This document shows positions 14,332 to 28,464 of a DNA stretch of 64,000 nucleotides, one piece after another. The notes beneath the pieces are model-generated. The model saw only the letters and a program-made list of their open reading frames with translations, ran no database searches and was not told the DNA's origin. Source of the DNA: Octopus vulgaris (lineage: Eukaryota). The stretch is from contig OX597823.1 of the NCBI GenBank assembly GCA_951406725.2, forward strand, positions 113,398,001 to 113,462,000. Reading direction: 5' to 3'. How positions within the stretch are numbered: position 1 is the first letter of the stretch; the number at the start of each line of letters is the position of its first letter. Made by a program: the position numbers and the translations under genes.

Positions 14332-14735
14332 CAGACGAAATACCGCTAAGCATTTCGCCCTGCGCATTAACTTTTCTTATTTCGTTATTGCCCACATGGG
14401 GCTAAACATAGAGGGGACAAACAAGGACAGACAAACGGATTAAGTAGATTACATCGACCCCAGTGCGTAACTGGTACTTAATTTATAGACCCCGATGGAA
14501 TGAAAGGCAAAGTCAACCTCGGCGGAATTTGAACTCAGAACGTAGCGCCAGACGAAATACTTATTTCTTTACTACCCACAATGGGCTAAACGCAGAGAGG
14601 AAAAACAAGGACAGACATACGGATTAAGTCGATTATATCGACCCAGTGCGTAACTGGTACTTATTTAATCGACCCCGAAACGATGAAAGGCAAAGTCGAC
14701 CTCGGCGAAATTTGAACGTAGCGGCAGACGAAATT
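14332..14735 (-). mobile_element. Head-to-tail SINE multimer (two units plus a head fragment)
   Basis: Two reverse-complement copies of the 13274 family joined at aagaaataa|gtatttcgtct. Confidence 0.85.
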
Positions 14736-14744
14736 CCAATCAGC

Positions 14745-15880
14745 ATTTTGCTTGCACAAACGCAAGCTATGATAAAAGCACTTAATCCGAGCGTTGCAAA
14801 GTTTGCTGGATATCCGGTCTTCACCCGCATACGTTGAACATTTCTTCAAGAATTTCGGTGACGGTATAAAGTGATGCCTCCTGTATCATTCAGTCACGAT
14901 GACCAGCAATGCTTCCCCAACTGACCTTCCATATCTCACGGGTCATCAGCGTGGACCTAATACAGTCCTTAAACCATAGCATTGGTCTCTGCCGGGGACA
15001 ATTCCACCAACAAGTTCACCATATACCATCTGTTTCGGGATCGTCTGATCATTCATCTGAACAAGTTGTCCAGTCCAGTATAAAGGTCAAGCAGTCGCCT
15101 TAATGCTCAAGCAGTCGGCTTCTCTCGAGATGTCGGTGTTTGAAGACTGCAAGGAACAGTCATCATTCAGAATGTGCTTCAGAAGTCTCTGATAGAAGAA
15201 TTCAGGGACTGTTAAATGACGTTTGTAATGAATGCATGTTTTGCATAAGTAAAGAGCGATGTCAGCACACACATGGCACCCATCGACTTTTGTTCGCCTT
15301 TTGATGCCAGACATGACATTCAAGAACTGCGAAGGAATCAGTTTCTTCTAAAGCCTAAAATATATTTTATAATCAAAGGAGCCCAGATAGACAAACTTGT
15401 CTCCCACTATCAGTGATGTTCCCTCAACTAAGATAGATGGCTTCTTGGCACAGGCTGGAACATCACAACGATATTGTCCAGAATAATATTGTGATCAAAG
15501 TGCTTTGCAAGATACAGAAATATGATCAATGAGAATTTGCTTAGCTTCAGCTTTAAGAGTATTTGCATTAAAGAGTTAACGAATAAGAGACCGAGAAAGG
15601 CGAGGATGCCACCTTACTCGAAACATGTTCTAAAGGGTTGTGTTCCACTATGCCACCATCGACATTGACCCATGCCTCCATCCCACCATGAAATTACTTG
15701 ATTTCCGATACAAAGTGACTCGGTCAGCCATTTTTTCCCGAGTAGTTTCCACAATAAGCCTCTATTAACAGTATCGAAATCAACCAAAGCCTCGACATGA
15801 TTCACATTTTGTTTATAGCACTTTTCTTGCATCTGTTTTGCTGTGAAGATCCTATCCTTCGTTCATCTACCATAACGGAC
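14745..15880 (-). mobile_element. Degenerate RTE-clade LINE RT region
   Basis: MQEKCYKQN...VDFDTVNRGLLWKLLGK and IVGDKFVYLGS are RTE RT motifs; many frameshifts. Confidence 0.75.
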
Positions 15881-16510
15881 ACATTATGAGAGTTAAATGG
15901 GACGTCATTTACACGATATATATTCAGGTGGGCATGAATTATACTTGCTAGAACCTATCTAGTAGCTAGGGAACAGTACCATTCCACCAAACTACACTAC
16001 TTATAAGTTCCTGAAGCTTCTGTGCGATTTCACCAAAGCCAAAACGCAAACCTTAGTGCAATTTCTTTACAAAAATGCAGCCTAAAGCTTTTAAAACCTC
16101 ATCTATTGAGGGTGCAGAATCCAAAAAGCTGATGACAAGTCCTTGTTGTATAGAATCAATTACAACATCATCTTAGTTTTAATTAATTACATTTTCGAAA
16201 CAGTCACTGTTTTCTCCCTTATCGTACTTTATCTCTTTCAGAAGAATGAACGGAAAAGCTTCATTTAACAGAATTTGAACTATCGCTTTTAACGGAGGGT
16301 GGGTAAAAAAACCCATGGTATTTCTATGCAACTTTACCTTACCTATGCAACTTTAACTTAACTTTACCTTTTCTGTTATATGAAAAAACCACTATTGCCT
16401 GAAATAGTAGATCATTGAATGCTCATTGAATTCTCAAATATTAAACTAATATTCCAGTCATCACACTTTTCTCTTGCGGCTCTGACAAGTTTTTAGTATT
16501 TTGCTCTTGA

Positions 16511-16722
16511 AAGGCGCCGAGCTGGCAGAACCATTAGTACGCCAGGCCTAATATTTATCGGTATTTCGACCATCTTTACGTTCTCGGTTCCAATTCCGCT
16601 GAGTTCGACGTAGCCTTTAATCCTTCTGGCACCGATAGAGTATGTATTAAGCATTGGGGTCGATTTAATCGAATTACCCACTACTCCAATATTGCTAGCC
16701 TTGTGCCAAAAACTGAAACCAA
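16511..16722 (+). mobile_element. Diverged SINE copy (tail type B)
   Basis: aaggcgccgagctggcagaaccattagtacgccagg...ggttccaattccgc...ggggtcgat...gccttgtgccaaaaact. Confidence 0.75.
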
Positions 16723-18658
16723 TGTCATGCCATTAGATACACACACAAACACGCATACATATGAGTAATTGTTATAGTATTCAGTACTTTGTTTTGAATT
16801 TTAGTGTCTTATGTTTTGGAACAAACCTGTAATTTGCCAGCAAGTGTGTGTGTGTGTGTGTGTGTGTATTTGAAAGTGAATTCAGTAACACTATCCTAAT
16901 CTAATCCCTGACTGTGAATACTTAAAACATTTCTAAACGTACAAAACGTCCATTAACCGCGTTGTATTTGTTACGAAATCAACTCTGCCCCTTTAAAGCA
17001 TTGGTACAATTGATTTTCCTGAAACTCGTCTTCATTTTCTGCTTCCTCTGGGTATAATTGTTTGGGTGTGTATCACAAATAGACAGACAGATATTTAACT
17101 AGCTTATACATATTAATTAATTGATATGCAAATAGAGAGAGAAATGGCCGTATAGTTAAAGAGAAAGAACACAAGAAATTGAGTGGCAGAGCGAGGTTTT
17201 TCTTTCAACTCTTAATTTGTATCGTTTATACTTTTATACATTCATAATACTCAAACATACACGTACAAACACACAAGCACGTACATATCTAGATATGGAT
17301 AGGTGCATTCCTAGGAAATATGTACGCGGACATGTAGAGGAAAAATGCTAATGTGAATTTGTTAAGTGTCGGTGGAATATAGAATATAGAATATTAAGCA
17401 GGGTTAGCTTTGCTATAACTGCAATACACTGCATGTATCAATATATACAGTCAGCTGTTGTTTCGAGCGCTGTTAATATTGCTGCTACGATTATTTTTCT
17501 TGATAATATTGAGGTTACTATTGTTGCTGTTGTTGATAATGTCACTTTGTTGTTGTTGTTGTTGCTGCTGCTGTTTCATCTGCTTTTGTTGAAATTTTTG
17601 TTGTAGCTGTTGATGTCTAAGTGGAATTTGCTATTTCAATAACGTGTTAGTTGTTCTGATTTAATGTCGCTTAGCACTTTGATCATTTCCATTTGAAGAA
17701 CATTATAACAAGCCCAATAGACAAAAGTATATAATTGAATAATCTGCTTTGCTGCTTTCCAAACGGATTTCATTAAACATTAAGCGAATACTTTTATCGC
17801 GATGCTCTAACGAGCTGGATATAATATGTACTGATGTATTTCCCTCTGCTCTGACGTAAATGACTCTCGATCAGCAGAAGCCGAAGTTTTTGCTGCCTTG
17901 CAGATGCTAAACTCTTTACTAATTTTACATACGATATTTCGCGCGTTTATAATTATTGATTTTTCTTGACTAGGCAAACGGCCAGTATTAGAAGAGTCAG
18001 TTAACTCTACCTTCAGATTTCACTAGTTTCATTGTGGCCTTGAGAGAGTTTTCACATGGTATCTCAACCTGCTAGAATGAGCAAGCAAATCTCCTTCACA
18101 TAACATTATTCTATCTTTAAAACAAAAATTACTAGGGTAACATAAACGTCTTCTAAAATGGCAACTACCACGAACAGTTTCACCACACCTGGCCATGCAA
18201 GAAAGCACCGCCTCTTATTACCTTTGATGCTTCCTGAAATTTCAAGTCCAGCTTTTTGCTGAGAGCATAAATGTATTTGCAATGGCATCCTTGTCTATTA
18301 GGGTGCGAAAGTTTGTATTACATCATATCCGATATAATGCGGTTTTCGGCACGATAGCCATGGGAAGCAAGAATGGTAATGATATTAAAGAAACCGGAAG
18401 TTTGAAGTATAGGCATGGTATAAATACCTTTCATGAACGTACACCGGGTTGAAGAGGATTTCTCTAAAGTTAAAAGCAACATCATTCCATATATTGAATT
18501 CAAGCATACCAACAATTATAAGACTTTCAAGTAAGACTTATTTATTTAGACACTATGTGTCTAAATACTTGAGTCATGATTATTTATTGTCACTGGTCGT
18601 CTACAAAACTTGAAATAGGACTAAATATTGTTAAGCACATACATCTTGAACGCGCTAG

Positions 18659-18868
18659 AGCCAAAAGGTTCGCGATACAAGCTCAGAGGCCTATGTAAAG
18701 TTTTCAAAAGGTTTTCATCGTTCTCGACGCACAAGATCTTGTGAAGCTGAAATCCGAGTGTCGTTTTGGTCAGCTGAAAGCAGTTTTGGCTCAAACTTGG
18801 CAGACACGCATCTCATGCTCAAATCTTCAGTGATAATGGACTGAACTGAACCGTAACTAATCTGCACG
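18659..18868 (-). mobile_element. Mariner transposase fragment, same family as 20216-21140
   Basis: Reverse complement of about 20650-20860 (VQISYGSVQSIITED...FEPKLLSAD). Confidence 0.85.
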
Positions 18869-20215
18869 GGTGGTGATATAATTATAACAAACTCTATCAA
18901 TGAAATCTTAGCAAACTATTGGAAACGATTAACTCAGTAGAACCCTACAATGGTAAGTAGTTCACATGTACGAAGTTTCTTCCTTTTATATTTACAGTTA
19001 TTACAATTGATGGGTTCGATCTGTTGTTATGATTGTCTATAGTGTACTACAAACCACAAAATTGTTTCATTATTTTATCGATTTTAAGTATGCTTTTTTT
19101 GTCTCGCTTTATGGCTAAATGTAACACCTGAACATATGTCACATGCCTTTGCAACGAGAATAACTTACGCTACAGATGGTCTTCTGAAGTATCAAACTTT
19201 ATCTGTTCCTTCTCAAACGTGACTTTAAGGCAGAAACATCTACAGCAACAACTATAACAAATACCATAATTTGATATGTCTGCATTGTTTCTACTACAAT
19301 CAACCTGAGTCGTTTCCATACTAGAAAACCACATCAAACACCACTCGCCAGCTCATTGTAAATCCTTGCCTAACCACTTTTCCCAACCAAAGACCAGCTA
19401 AAAAGATGACATAGGACATATTATATCGTTCCTGACACTGCACGATACAGCAGCAATACCTCTGTTAAAATACACCTCACCGTTAGAAAAAGAGAAGGAA
19501 ATTTAAGATAATGTCCACTTGGAAATATACTTAAACAAATGGAATGGTATTCGCTCGAATATATTTAATTATAAACCTAACCGATCAACGTTAGAAATAT
19601 CAGTTTTCATCAACGAACAGGCTACTACCTGATTCCCGAATACAACATCTTTAATATTTTGTGACATAAATTGGACATAATATTTCCATTCAGGCCCTGA
19701 AAGTTGGTTACTGTAACCGATGACTAATAGTAAAATTGGCACTGCCGTTGAAACTTCGCAAGAATATTAAGATTGATGAGGGGAAGGCATGAACTTATCT
19801 ACAGACACAAGACCTGACCTGAATAATTACAGCAGAATGGACTCTGCTAAAAGACTCGATTAGTCAGCAGGGGATGCTAAACTGGTTTCATACTAGATGT
19901 TGCAGATATTTTATTATCTTACATCATATATATACTTTTCGAAAATATAGAGGACCTAAGCAATGTTAGATTATCTAAGAGAAGCCACTTCAATATCAAC
20001 AATATTTTATAATGAAATTTATCATGGCTAGAAATTATCAAAGACAAAATTGATGTTGATGTGAAGACGTAGGCTAACGCAGAATGGGAATACCAACCAA
20101 AGTAATATGCAAAAGTACCATGCTAGATAAAGCAGTGACATTAAACTGGTTGATAAGGAAGTCTACATTAAGTCTACAATTAGATATGCAAATGTAAGGT
20201 ATACTTACATATATA

Positions 20216-21140
20216 CGAGGTCTGCTCAATAAGTATCAGGACGGTTGCTATAGTAATGAAACTAGAGTACACACAGTAAAGCCGTTTGGCACAGACTGAC
20301 CTTGAAATCTGCTGTAGATGCACACTAAGATGTAACGTTCTAGCTCAATTACGCTATTTGCAGCAGTGCTTGGAAGGAAGGTGTGTAGCGTGTGATCGTC
20401 GCATTGACCATGACAGAGAAAGTTGTCTTGGGGATACATGCTCCGAAGCCTACACAAAGTTGCAGAAAGTGTATGGAGAGGAGTGTATGAGCTACACACA
20501 TGTCTGCGAGTGGTTCAGCCGTTCCAAAGATGGCGAACAAATGTCGATTTTGAGACCTGCAACCAGCAGTACTGAGAAAAGCATCGCAGATGTATGTGCA
20601 GCTATGAGGAAAAAACGACGAATCACCATCCATGAGTTATCAGAGGATGTGCAGATTAGTTACGGTTCAGTTCAGTCCATTATCACTGAAGATTTCGGTA
20701 TGAGACGCGTGTCTGTTAAGTTTGAGCCAAAACTGCTTTCAGCTGACTAAAACGACACTCGTGTTTCAGTTGCACAAGATCTTGTGCGTCGAGAACGATG
20801 AAAACGTTTTGAAAACTTTACGTAGGCCTCTGAGCTTGTATCGCGCACCTTTTGGCAAAATTCGATGCAGTTTCTCTACACATGGTCAATGTGATGGTCA
20901 ATGTGACGATCACTCACTGCATGATCAGTGTGACGATCATACGCTGTCATGGTCAACGTGACGATCATACGCTGCAAATCTTGCTAGCACTGCTGTAAAC
21001 AGCAGAAGTGAGCTAAGACGTTAAAAAGTAGTGCGAATGCACAGCAGAGTTGAAGGTTAATCTGTAGCAAGCGGCTTTACTCTGTGTGTTCTAGCTTCGT
21101 TACTATGGCAACAGTCCCGATACTAATTGATCAGTCCACA
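20216..21140 (+). mobile_element. Internally deleted mariner/Tc1 element with about 200-bp TIRs
   Basis: TA-flanked ends cgaggtctgctcaataagtatc / gatactaattgatcagtccaca. TIRs about 20216-20415 and 20944-21140. HTH region AYTKLQKVYGEECMSYTHVCEWFSRSKDG...RRITIHELSEDVQISYGSVQSII; no DDD domain. Confidence 0.85.
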
Positions 21141-21176
21141 TAATCACACATGCACATGTATGTATGTATATATATA

Positions 21177-21382
21177 TTTCTTTACTGCCCACAAGGGGCT
21201 AAACTCAGAGGGGACAAACAAGGACAGACAAACGGATTAAGTCGATTACCTCGACCCCAGTGCGTAACTGGTACTTTATTTATCTACCCCGAAAGGATGA
21301 AAGGCAAAGACGACCTCGGCGGAATTTGAACTCAGAACGTAACGGCAGACGAAATACGGCTACGCATTTCGCCCGGCGTGCT
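21177..21382 (-). mobile_element. SINE copy (tail type A)
   Basis: Reverse complement of the 13274/34014 family. Confidence 0.85.
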
Positions 21383-21901
21383 ATGCATATATATATTAAT
21401 GTTTGCATGTACGTATGTTTGTATGTGCGCGCGCGTTGTATTAGTACTAGTCATCTCATAATGCTTGTCACTGGAACCTGCAATGGCGACCGAGAGACTG
21501 GCAAGAATATTATACACGATTTTGTCATTTAAATCCGATGACGTACAGTTTGCTTATTATTATTTCATTTCTTGATCTGTTTGTTAGGTTTTTAAAGTTA
21601 CATGGCAACGGTTGCGTCGAAACATGTGAAGTCATATCTGCGCACAGGCATGGATGGAAGTGTATCAAAACAATAAAGATGAATATGAGACGGCTATCAT
21701 CTCACAGGCACACACACACACACACAGACACACACACAGACACACACACATACACCTAAACACACATACATATGTGTGTGTGTGTACATATATGTATATA
21801 TGCATATATTTATATATTATTTATATTATATATATACACACACACATATATATATGCACACACACACATATATATATACACACACACACATATATATATA
21901 T

Positions 21902-21949
<48 letters not shown>

Positions 21950-23353
21950 GCATATATATAGTTATTTATACACATATACACAGATATTCCTACAGGCGTG
22001 TATGAGTGTGTCTGAGTATGCCTACAGATATATCTATGCGTATATGTGAGGCTGTTCAAGACTTCAATTCTAATTTACGATTGGCATGAAATACTGCGCA
22101 CTATAGCAAAATGCAATATTGATCTATATACACACTGAATCAAAAGACTAAAGAATACTTTCAAACTGAAGTTGCAGGTGATGCCGACAACAATATCTAT
22201 TCGTCAAATATCTAGCCGCAATCTGCGAAGTGTCAAAAGAGCATATAAGTTAAATCTCTGAATACATGTAAAGTTAACCCCGGTGTCATTGATTCACATC
22301 ATTTCCCATATGTACGTCTTTAAAGTAATTAACTCTTTGCTATCGATCAAAATGTATGTGTAAAGCAGCCTAAATTCCTTATCATTTATATCTTTAAACT
22401 CTGCGTGAAGCAGTGGTGTGCAACATAGGACATAACAGTGTACGTAAGCATGTATTTTTATTAGTATGTGTATCCTTGTGTGTGTGTGTGTGAGTTTGTG
22501 TGATTGTCTGTGTGATTGTCTGTGTGATTGTATGTGTGGGTATTAAGCTGATACATTTTGAAGATATGGTCTGCGGTGTAGTTGAAAGTCACATGAAACA
22601 GAGTACCATAAAATATAGAAAATTGATCATAACTCTATTATTACTGCTACATATTTTCTTTCAGTCAATATCAGTAAACCTTCCCCACCAATCACATCAC
22701 CAAACTACAAACAACTATAGAAACGATTCAGCTATGAAGTTCAATTTCGTCAGGGACGTATTAGTAATGCACTTATTGGGAAATAGTTGATACACTTTTG
22801 AGCTATAAAACTCATGCGGACGTGATATTGAATATATCATGACGGACGAACAGACATTGCTTGATTGAAGCATAGCCTACGTGTAAAATCGTATCGATTG
22901 GAAATTTACTTCCAATCTCAAATAAAATATCGCATGGCGTTAAAACATGTATGTTTAAACCAATATTCGCTATTTAGAACAGCGTGCATTTACGAATGGC
23001 AACGAGAAGCCACACCCAGTTTTCTCTCGTAAGAGAATTGAGTTAGGATTCGCTCAGCGATTTTGTTGTAAAATGCATCATTTAAATGCCACCCCAACTC
23101 CGCTTCACATTCTATTTGCCCTCATTTTTCTATTCAAAACTCTCTTCTTTTTAATAGTGCCTTGAATACACAGGGATGCATACATACCCATTCAAGGATA
23201 TAGAAACATATATAAACGCACGCTCTCTCTCTCTCTCTCTCACACATACACACACAGACACATATACTGCTCCCTAAAATGCAGCGAGCACTGTTGTATA
23301 TATACATAGTACTCACACGCGCACTCACTAATACACATATGCATGTACATATG

Positions 23354-23428
<75 letters not shown>

Positions 23429-23617
23429 ATGTATATATATATATACCGGAACCGGATTTTTGGAGTCCAATAATACCCTGTACGCCTATTTGATTATGAA
23501 GATTTAGAAACATACTTTCCCAGTGATATTCATTTTACCTACCATCATAAATAGTACCAAATGTTCTTTCTCAAACCTTTCGTAATATGATACAAGTCTT
23601 TGGTGTAGCAATTGCAT

Positions 23618-23710
23618 GCAGCTGAAGAGGGCTTTTAAACTATCTGTTATGTCGATTATACATTGATATAAGAATAAGTTGTTTTATAAAGCTCGAAACA
23701 TGTGTACCGC
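23618..23710 (+). ncRNA. Type I hammerhead motif in a (TA)n-flanked insert (23447-23836)
   Basis: gcag CTGAAGA gggcttt...aaagctc GAAAC ATGT GTA ccgc. Stem II is 7 bp with one G-U; stem I has one mismatch. Confidence 0.65.
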
Positions 23711-23834
23711 GACATTCTTTGTGTCCTGTTTTTCATTTTATTTCATTTGATACATATATCCTCTTACCTCTGCTACTAGCTGGCATATACAGGTGCTTGC
23801 ATTTATGAAGTATTCACCCTGAATTTATTGTACC

Positions 23835-23933
<99 letters not shown>

Positions 23934-24089
23934 GTATATGAGTGTGATTACATGTATATATACATATTTGTATGAGTGTGTATGTGTGAGATTGTGTGTG
24001 TGCCTTTGTCACACTTCTTGTTAGTAGAAGGCTTCTTCACGATGTTTCAATAAATCAGTGAACACTTCTACTTTCGATAACGTTTGACG

Positions 24090-24495
24090 TACCACGCTAG
24101 CAGCAGCTGTGTGGCGGGAGAGGGGCAAGCGATGTAACAGCACCCCGTTGCATCCACCATTTGTAGGTCATTCCATGATCCAAGTGGATGATACTTTCGC
24201 ACCACTCAGGCAACAACCCTGCAACCCGTGGGTGTGTTTGGGTAGTCCGTTGTTGATGAGCGTTTTCCGAGACAGGAGTATATATCCTACCTCAGCCAGT
24301 TTTATTAGCCTTTTACGGTACACAGAGCAAAAGTTTGGTCTATTCTTTGCAATTCCGGTCCCCAGACAATACTAGAGCAACGTGAAACAACGTGTTTTGC
24401 TCAAGAACAGAACATGCCACAGAGCCCAGGTATCGAACCCGCGACTTGGCGATCGTGGGTGTAACACACTGATCACTAATCCACACGCTTCCAGA
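24090..24495 (-). mobile_element. Degenerate tRNA-derived SINE, related to 40381-40718
   Basis: Minus strand: gcgggttcgatacctggg (B-box) followed by gttcttgagcaaaacacgttgtttcacgttgctc. Confidence 0.65.
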
Positions 24496-24974
24496 AGCGA
24501 TTAATGGTGAAACTTAAAAATTAGCACAATCAGATATTAAAATACAAACAGCCAGATATTTTGTGTGGGACTACAAGAAAATTTAATTTCTGTTCGAGAA
24601 ATCAGTTACCCTCTCGGTAAGAATGTGATAATTAAAATAGAAGAGAACGAGGACATTCATGGACATTCGATGTGGCGGATGCAACTCCAGTACAAAAGAT
24701 GCAGCTTCAGTTTTATACCCGATATTATTGGAAAAGCAGGATACACACAAACACGCCTGATGCGAAGTATGTCTGATCTTGCGTTCTTGCAGAGAAAACA
24801 CGTGTCCTTGATTCATAAGCTACAAATAATCACGAAACCTGAGACTATAAAAATCTGCAGGACATTCTTATGATTTAAAGGATAATAAGCAATGCCAGGT
24901 GGTTCCCTCCACAAACTTGCTAATTACTAGGTAGCCAGCCAAAATTTATGCCGAAATAAAAAGTGGAAAACAAG

Positions 24975-25357
<383 letters not shown>

Positions 25358-25449
25358 CACCCCCCCCCATATATATATATATATATATATATTCATACTC
25401 ATACGAACGTCTATTTATACGTTTCACTATATGGTTGCATGTCTGAGAG

Positions 25450-25858
25450 TGTTTCGTTGCATACATAAAGTCCCGTACCAAGAAAAGATTACACGAACTT
25501 AGAGGAAAAACACCCTGCCTCAGTTAAGCTGCACTCAAGAGTCATCTTCGTAGTCATAAAGCGAGACAGATGAGTGACAACCTGGCCACTGGTGGTGGTG
25601 TTACACACCATACTTATCATATCTGTCAGACATGTGGAAGAGAGTGTAATTCGGCAGGAGGACTTAAACGACATGCAAAGGTACATGAAGCCCAGTTTCA
25701 ACTACAGCCGGCTATTACCGGTAAAGGTTTTAGTTGCCAATACTGTACAAGACATTGTGGACCTTCAGCAGGGCTAAAATGTCACATTCGATCACAGCAC
25801 CAATAACAGTGAAGCTACGTGCAATGGCCATACTCGATAACGAGGGGGCAGCCATCAT
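25450..25858 (+). mobile_element. 3' end of RTE-like LINE with two C2H2 zinc-finger motifs
   Basis: ORF 25570-25806 has CQTCGRECNSAGGLKRHAKVH and CQYCTRHCGPSAGLKCHIRSQH, then a short 3'UTR ggccatactcgataacgagggggcagccatcat running into (TA)n. Confidence 0.55.
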
Positions 25859-25988
25859 GTATGTACATATATATATATATATATATATAATTTCTGTAAA
25901 ATTTAGATTCAGATAAATATGGTACCTAAGCTGAAGGCAGCAGTATATAGTATGGTAGTATCCATATAATTTAAAATTCTAGTGATTA

Positions 25989-26412
25989 TAATCAAAATAA
26001 GCAACAAAGATATTAACGCAGTACGATCGTTTCATGCGACTCCATTTAATTGAACAATGCAAGCATTACATCAATTTAAAATGTACAGCAATCTTCAGCA
26101 GTATAAAAATATAGAATTTTGTTAAATTCGAAGAACTCATTTGTATAAATATTTTTATCCAAAATCACCAGTTACAACTGTGATGTTTTTGATAAAACAT
26201 ATTCTTTGTCTATCTACTTATCCTCTTGGTGATTTTGGAAAAAAAAAATACAAATGAGTCCTTCGAATTTAACAAAATTCTATATTTTTACGCAGCTGAA
26301 GTTTGCTCTACATTTTAATTTGATGTAATGTTTGCAGTGTTCAATTAAATGAAGTCGCATGAAACGATCGCATTGCATTACCTCTGGATATTCTTGTTGC
26401 TTATTTTGATTA
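25989..26412. repeat. Fold-back inverted repeat (arms about 25989-26171 and 26226-26412) carrying hammerhead motifs
   Basis: aaaaatatagaattttgttaaattcgaag pairs with cttcgaatttaacaaaattctatattttt; aatcaaaataagcaacaa pairs with ttgttgcttattttgatt. Confidence 0.85.
26017..26102 (-). ncRNA. Type I hammerhead motif (core intact in this arm)
   Basis: Minus strand: CTGAAGA ttgc...gcat GAAAC GATC GTA ctgc. The plus-arm copy at 26291-26376 has CTGAAGT and GCA (mutated). Confidence 0.6.
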
Positions 26413-26430
26413 CCCACACACACACACTCT

Positions 26431-26467
<37 letters not shown>

Positions 26468-26560
26468 GTATATAGATGTGTGTATTTTGCCTTTGCTACT
26501 CTCTATACATATCCATCATATTCTGTTAAAATGTCTTATCGACGAGTTTCATTTCTTCAT

Positions 26561-26640
26561 TTCCCTGAAGATTACAATGTTTTACACCATTTTACTCCTT
26601 TGGAATAATACCAATGATATCTTCGAAACATGTGTCGGAA
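26561..26640 (+). ncRNA. Type I hammerhead motif, stem II partly degenerate
   Basis: ttcc CTGAAGA t...atcttc GAAAC ATGT GTC ggaa; perfect 4-bp stem I and a GUC triplet. Confidence 0.6.
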
Positions 26641-26710
26641 GTAAACGAATTTGAACAACACCTGCGTTTAACTGCATTTATATGTATATATATGTTTGTG
26701 TGTGTGTGTA

Positions 26711-26842
<132 letters not shown>

Positions 26843-27515
26843 GATGCATGCATAAAAATTTATCAATAAATAATGATTGAGATATTATATGGCTCTAAAT
26901 TCATGAATATTGTCTTTGAAAGGAATATTGGAAAATGATATCAGAGGAAGTATAGGATTTTATATTAATGCATGTAACATTCGGTATAAACTTAGAATTT
27001 GACTTTGAAGTGCAAGAATCACTAGAACGAAATGTTTCGTTAACTTGACACGTTGCATAATAATTAGATTTGAAAATATATTTATACCCATATATTGTGA
27101 ATTGTCATTTTTATGGTAATATTTTAATGCAGTTTTTTTATTTTTAAATTCATACAATCAATATTGTGCGGCGCGCTCTTTTTAAATATTTTCTATAACT
27201 CGTGATACTAGTGAAGAAGTAATTAATTTGCATTGGCGTATTTTTCTAAAGATGTATTATGTTACTGTAATGGAAGAAAGGTGACAAATTTGCCAAAAAA
27301 AGAAATGTATATATATGGGCTGGCATTTGTATGTGTATATGTGACCATTGGTATGAGTGGATGTGGTTGTACTTATATACAAATAAGTTGTCACGAATAA
27401 GTTGTCTATGTGAGTCAGTGTGTGCATATGTCTGCATGGGTGTGTGTATTTGTGTGTGTTTGTGTGTTTGTGTGTGTGCGTGTGAGTGTGCGTGTGTGTG
27501 TGCGTGTGGGGGTGT

Positions 27516-27970
27516 ATACTAGCTGGATATCCCATCATTGCCTGGTAATTTTCATAATAGAAAACCTTGGTGGGCTTTCGGAATAGGACACCTATCTAAG
27601 TTTGATTTCCTCCGTTTTGACGGGGATTTTCAAATACTTTTGACCACACTCTTACAACTGATTGGAGAAAAGATTTTTCAAAAAATTTTAATGTGCCTTC
27701 CACTTTCCGTTACGAACCAATTCTCTCTAACTTCATTTTTGCACTATGTACTTAAAAATAATAGGAGACGCGTTGTCGGTTCAGAAATTCAAAAGCCTTA
27801 TTAAATTTATCGACCCCACTACGCACTTAAAAACGATGGCATAAGGCTTGATGGTTTAGAAAAAATTAGATATCGATGATTAATAATACTATCCCCAAAC
27901 AGAAAATGAAACGTAATTTAAAAACAATTGTTTTTTTCATTAAAACCTTCACCCCGTAAATACGAAGATT
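27516..27970 (-). mobile_element. Possible non-autonomous Helitron 3' end
   Basis: Minus strand ends ccaggcaatgatgggatatccagCTAGta, similar to the terminus at 54465-54495; the inner boundary is approximate. Confidence 0.4.
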
Positions 27971-28464
27971 TTGGCTTTTTTTCGAACTTTTATTTTAATC
28001 ATTGATTAAAGAAAAAAAAGGATAATCTGAATCTGCAGTTTCTATCTATTAATAATTTCCAAACATATTTTAGACGAATAGTTGTCTAATTTAAAGGAGA
28101 CTAAGCTGTTGTTTCTAGCTCATCCCACGACATCCTGGTACCTTCCTTGTTACTTTGTCACTCTGACATGTATTGATGTTTTTTTTTAATATTTTCCTCC
28201 CCATTATATGGTTTATTGCTGGGTGTTGAAGCAATGGCAAAATATAATTGTAATATAAATTTTAGACCCATCCCCCAGGAAGCGATTCCGAATGTATGAT
28301 GAAGAAAAAAACATATTTACTAACAGAAAGCATAATATTAAAATAAATTACTTTTTACATCCATCTGTTGCCCTAATGAAATTCCTTACACAAACTAATA
28401 AATACTTAGTGTGAGCGATATACTTTTATAGACAGTTAAAATGTTTACCACGAGAAATTGAGGA

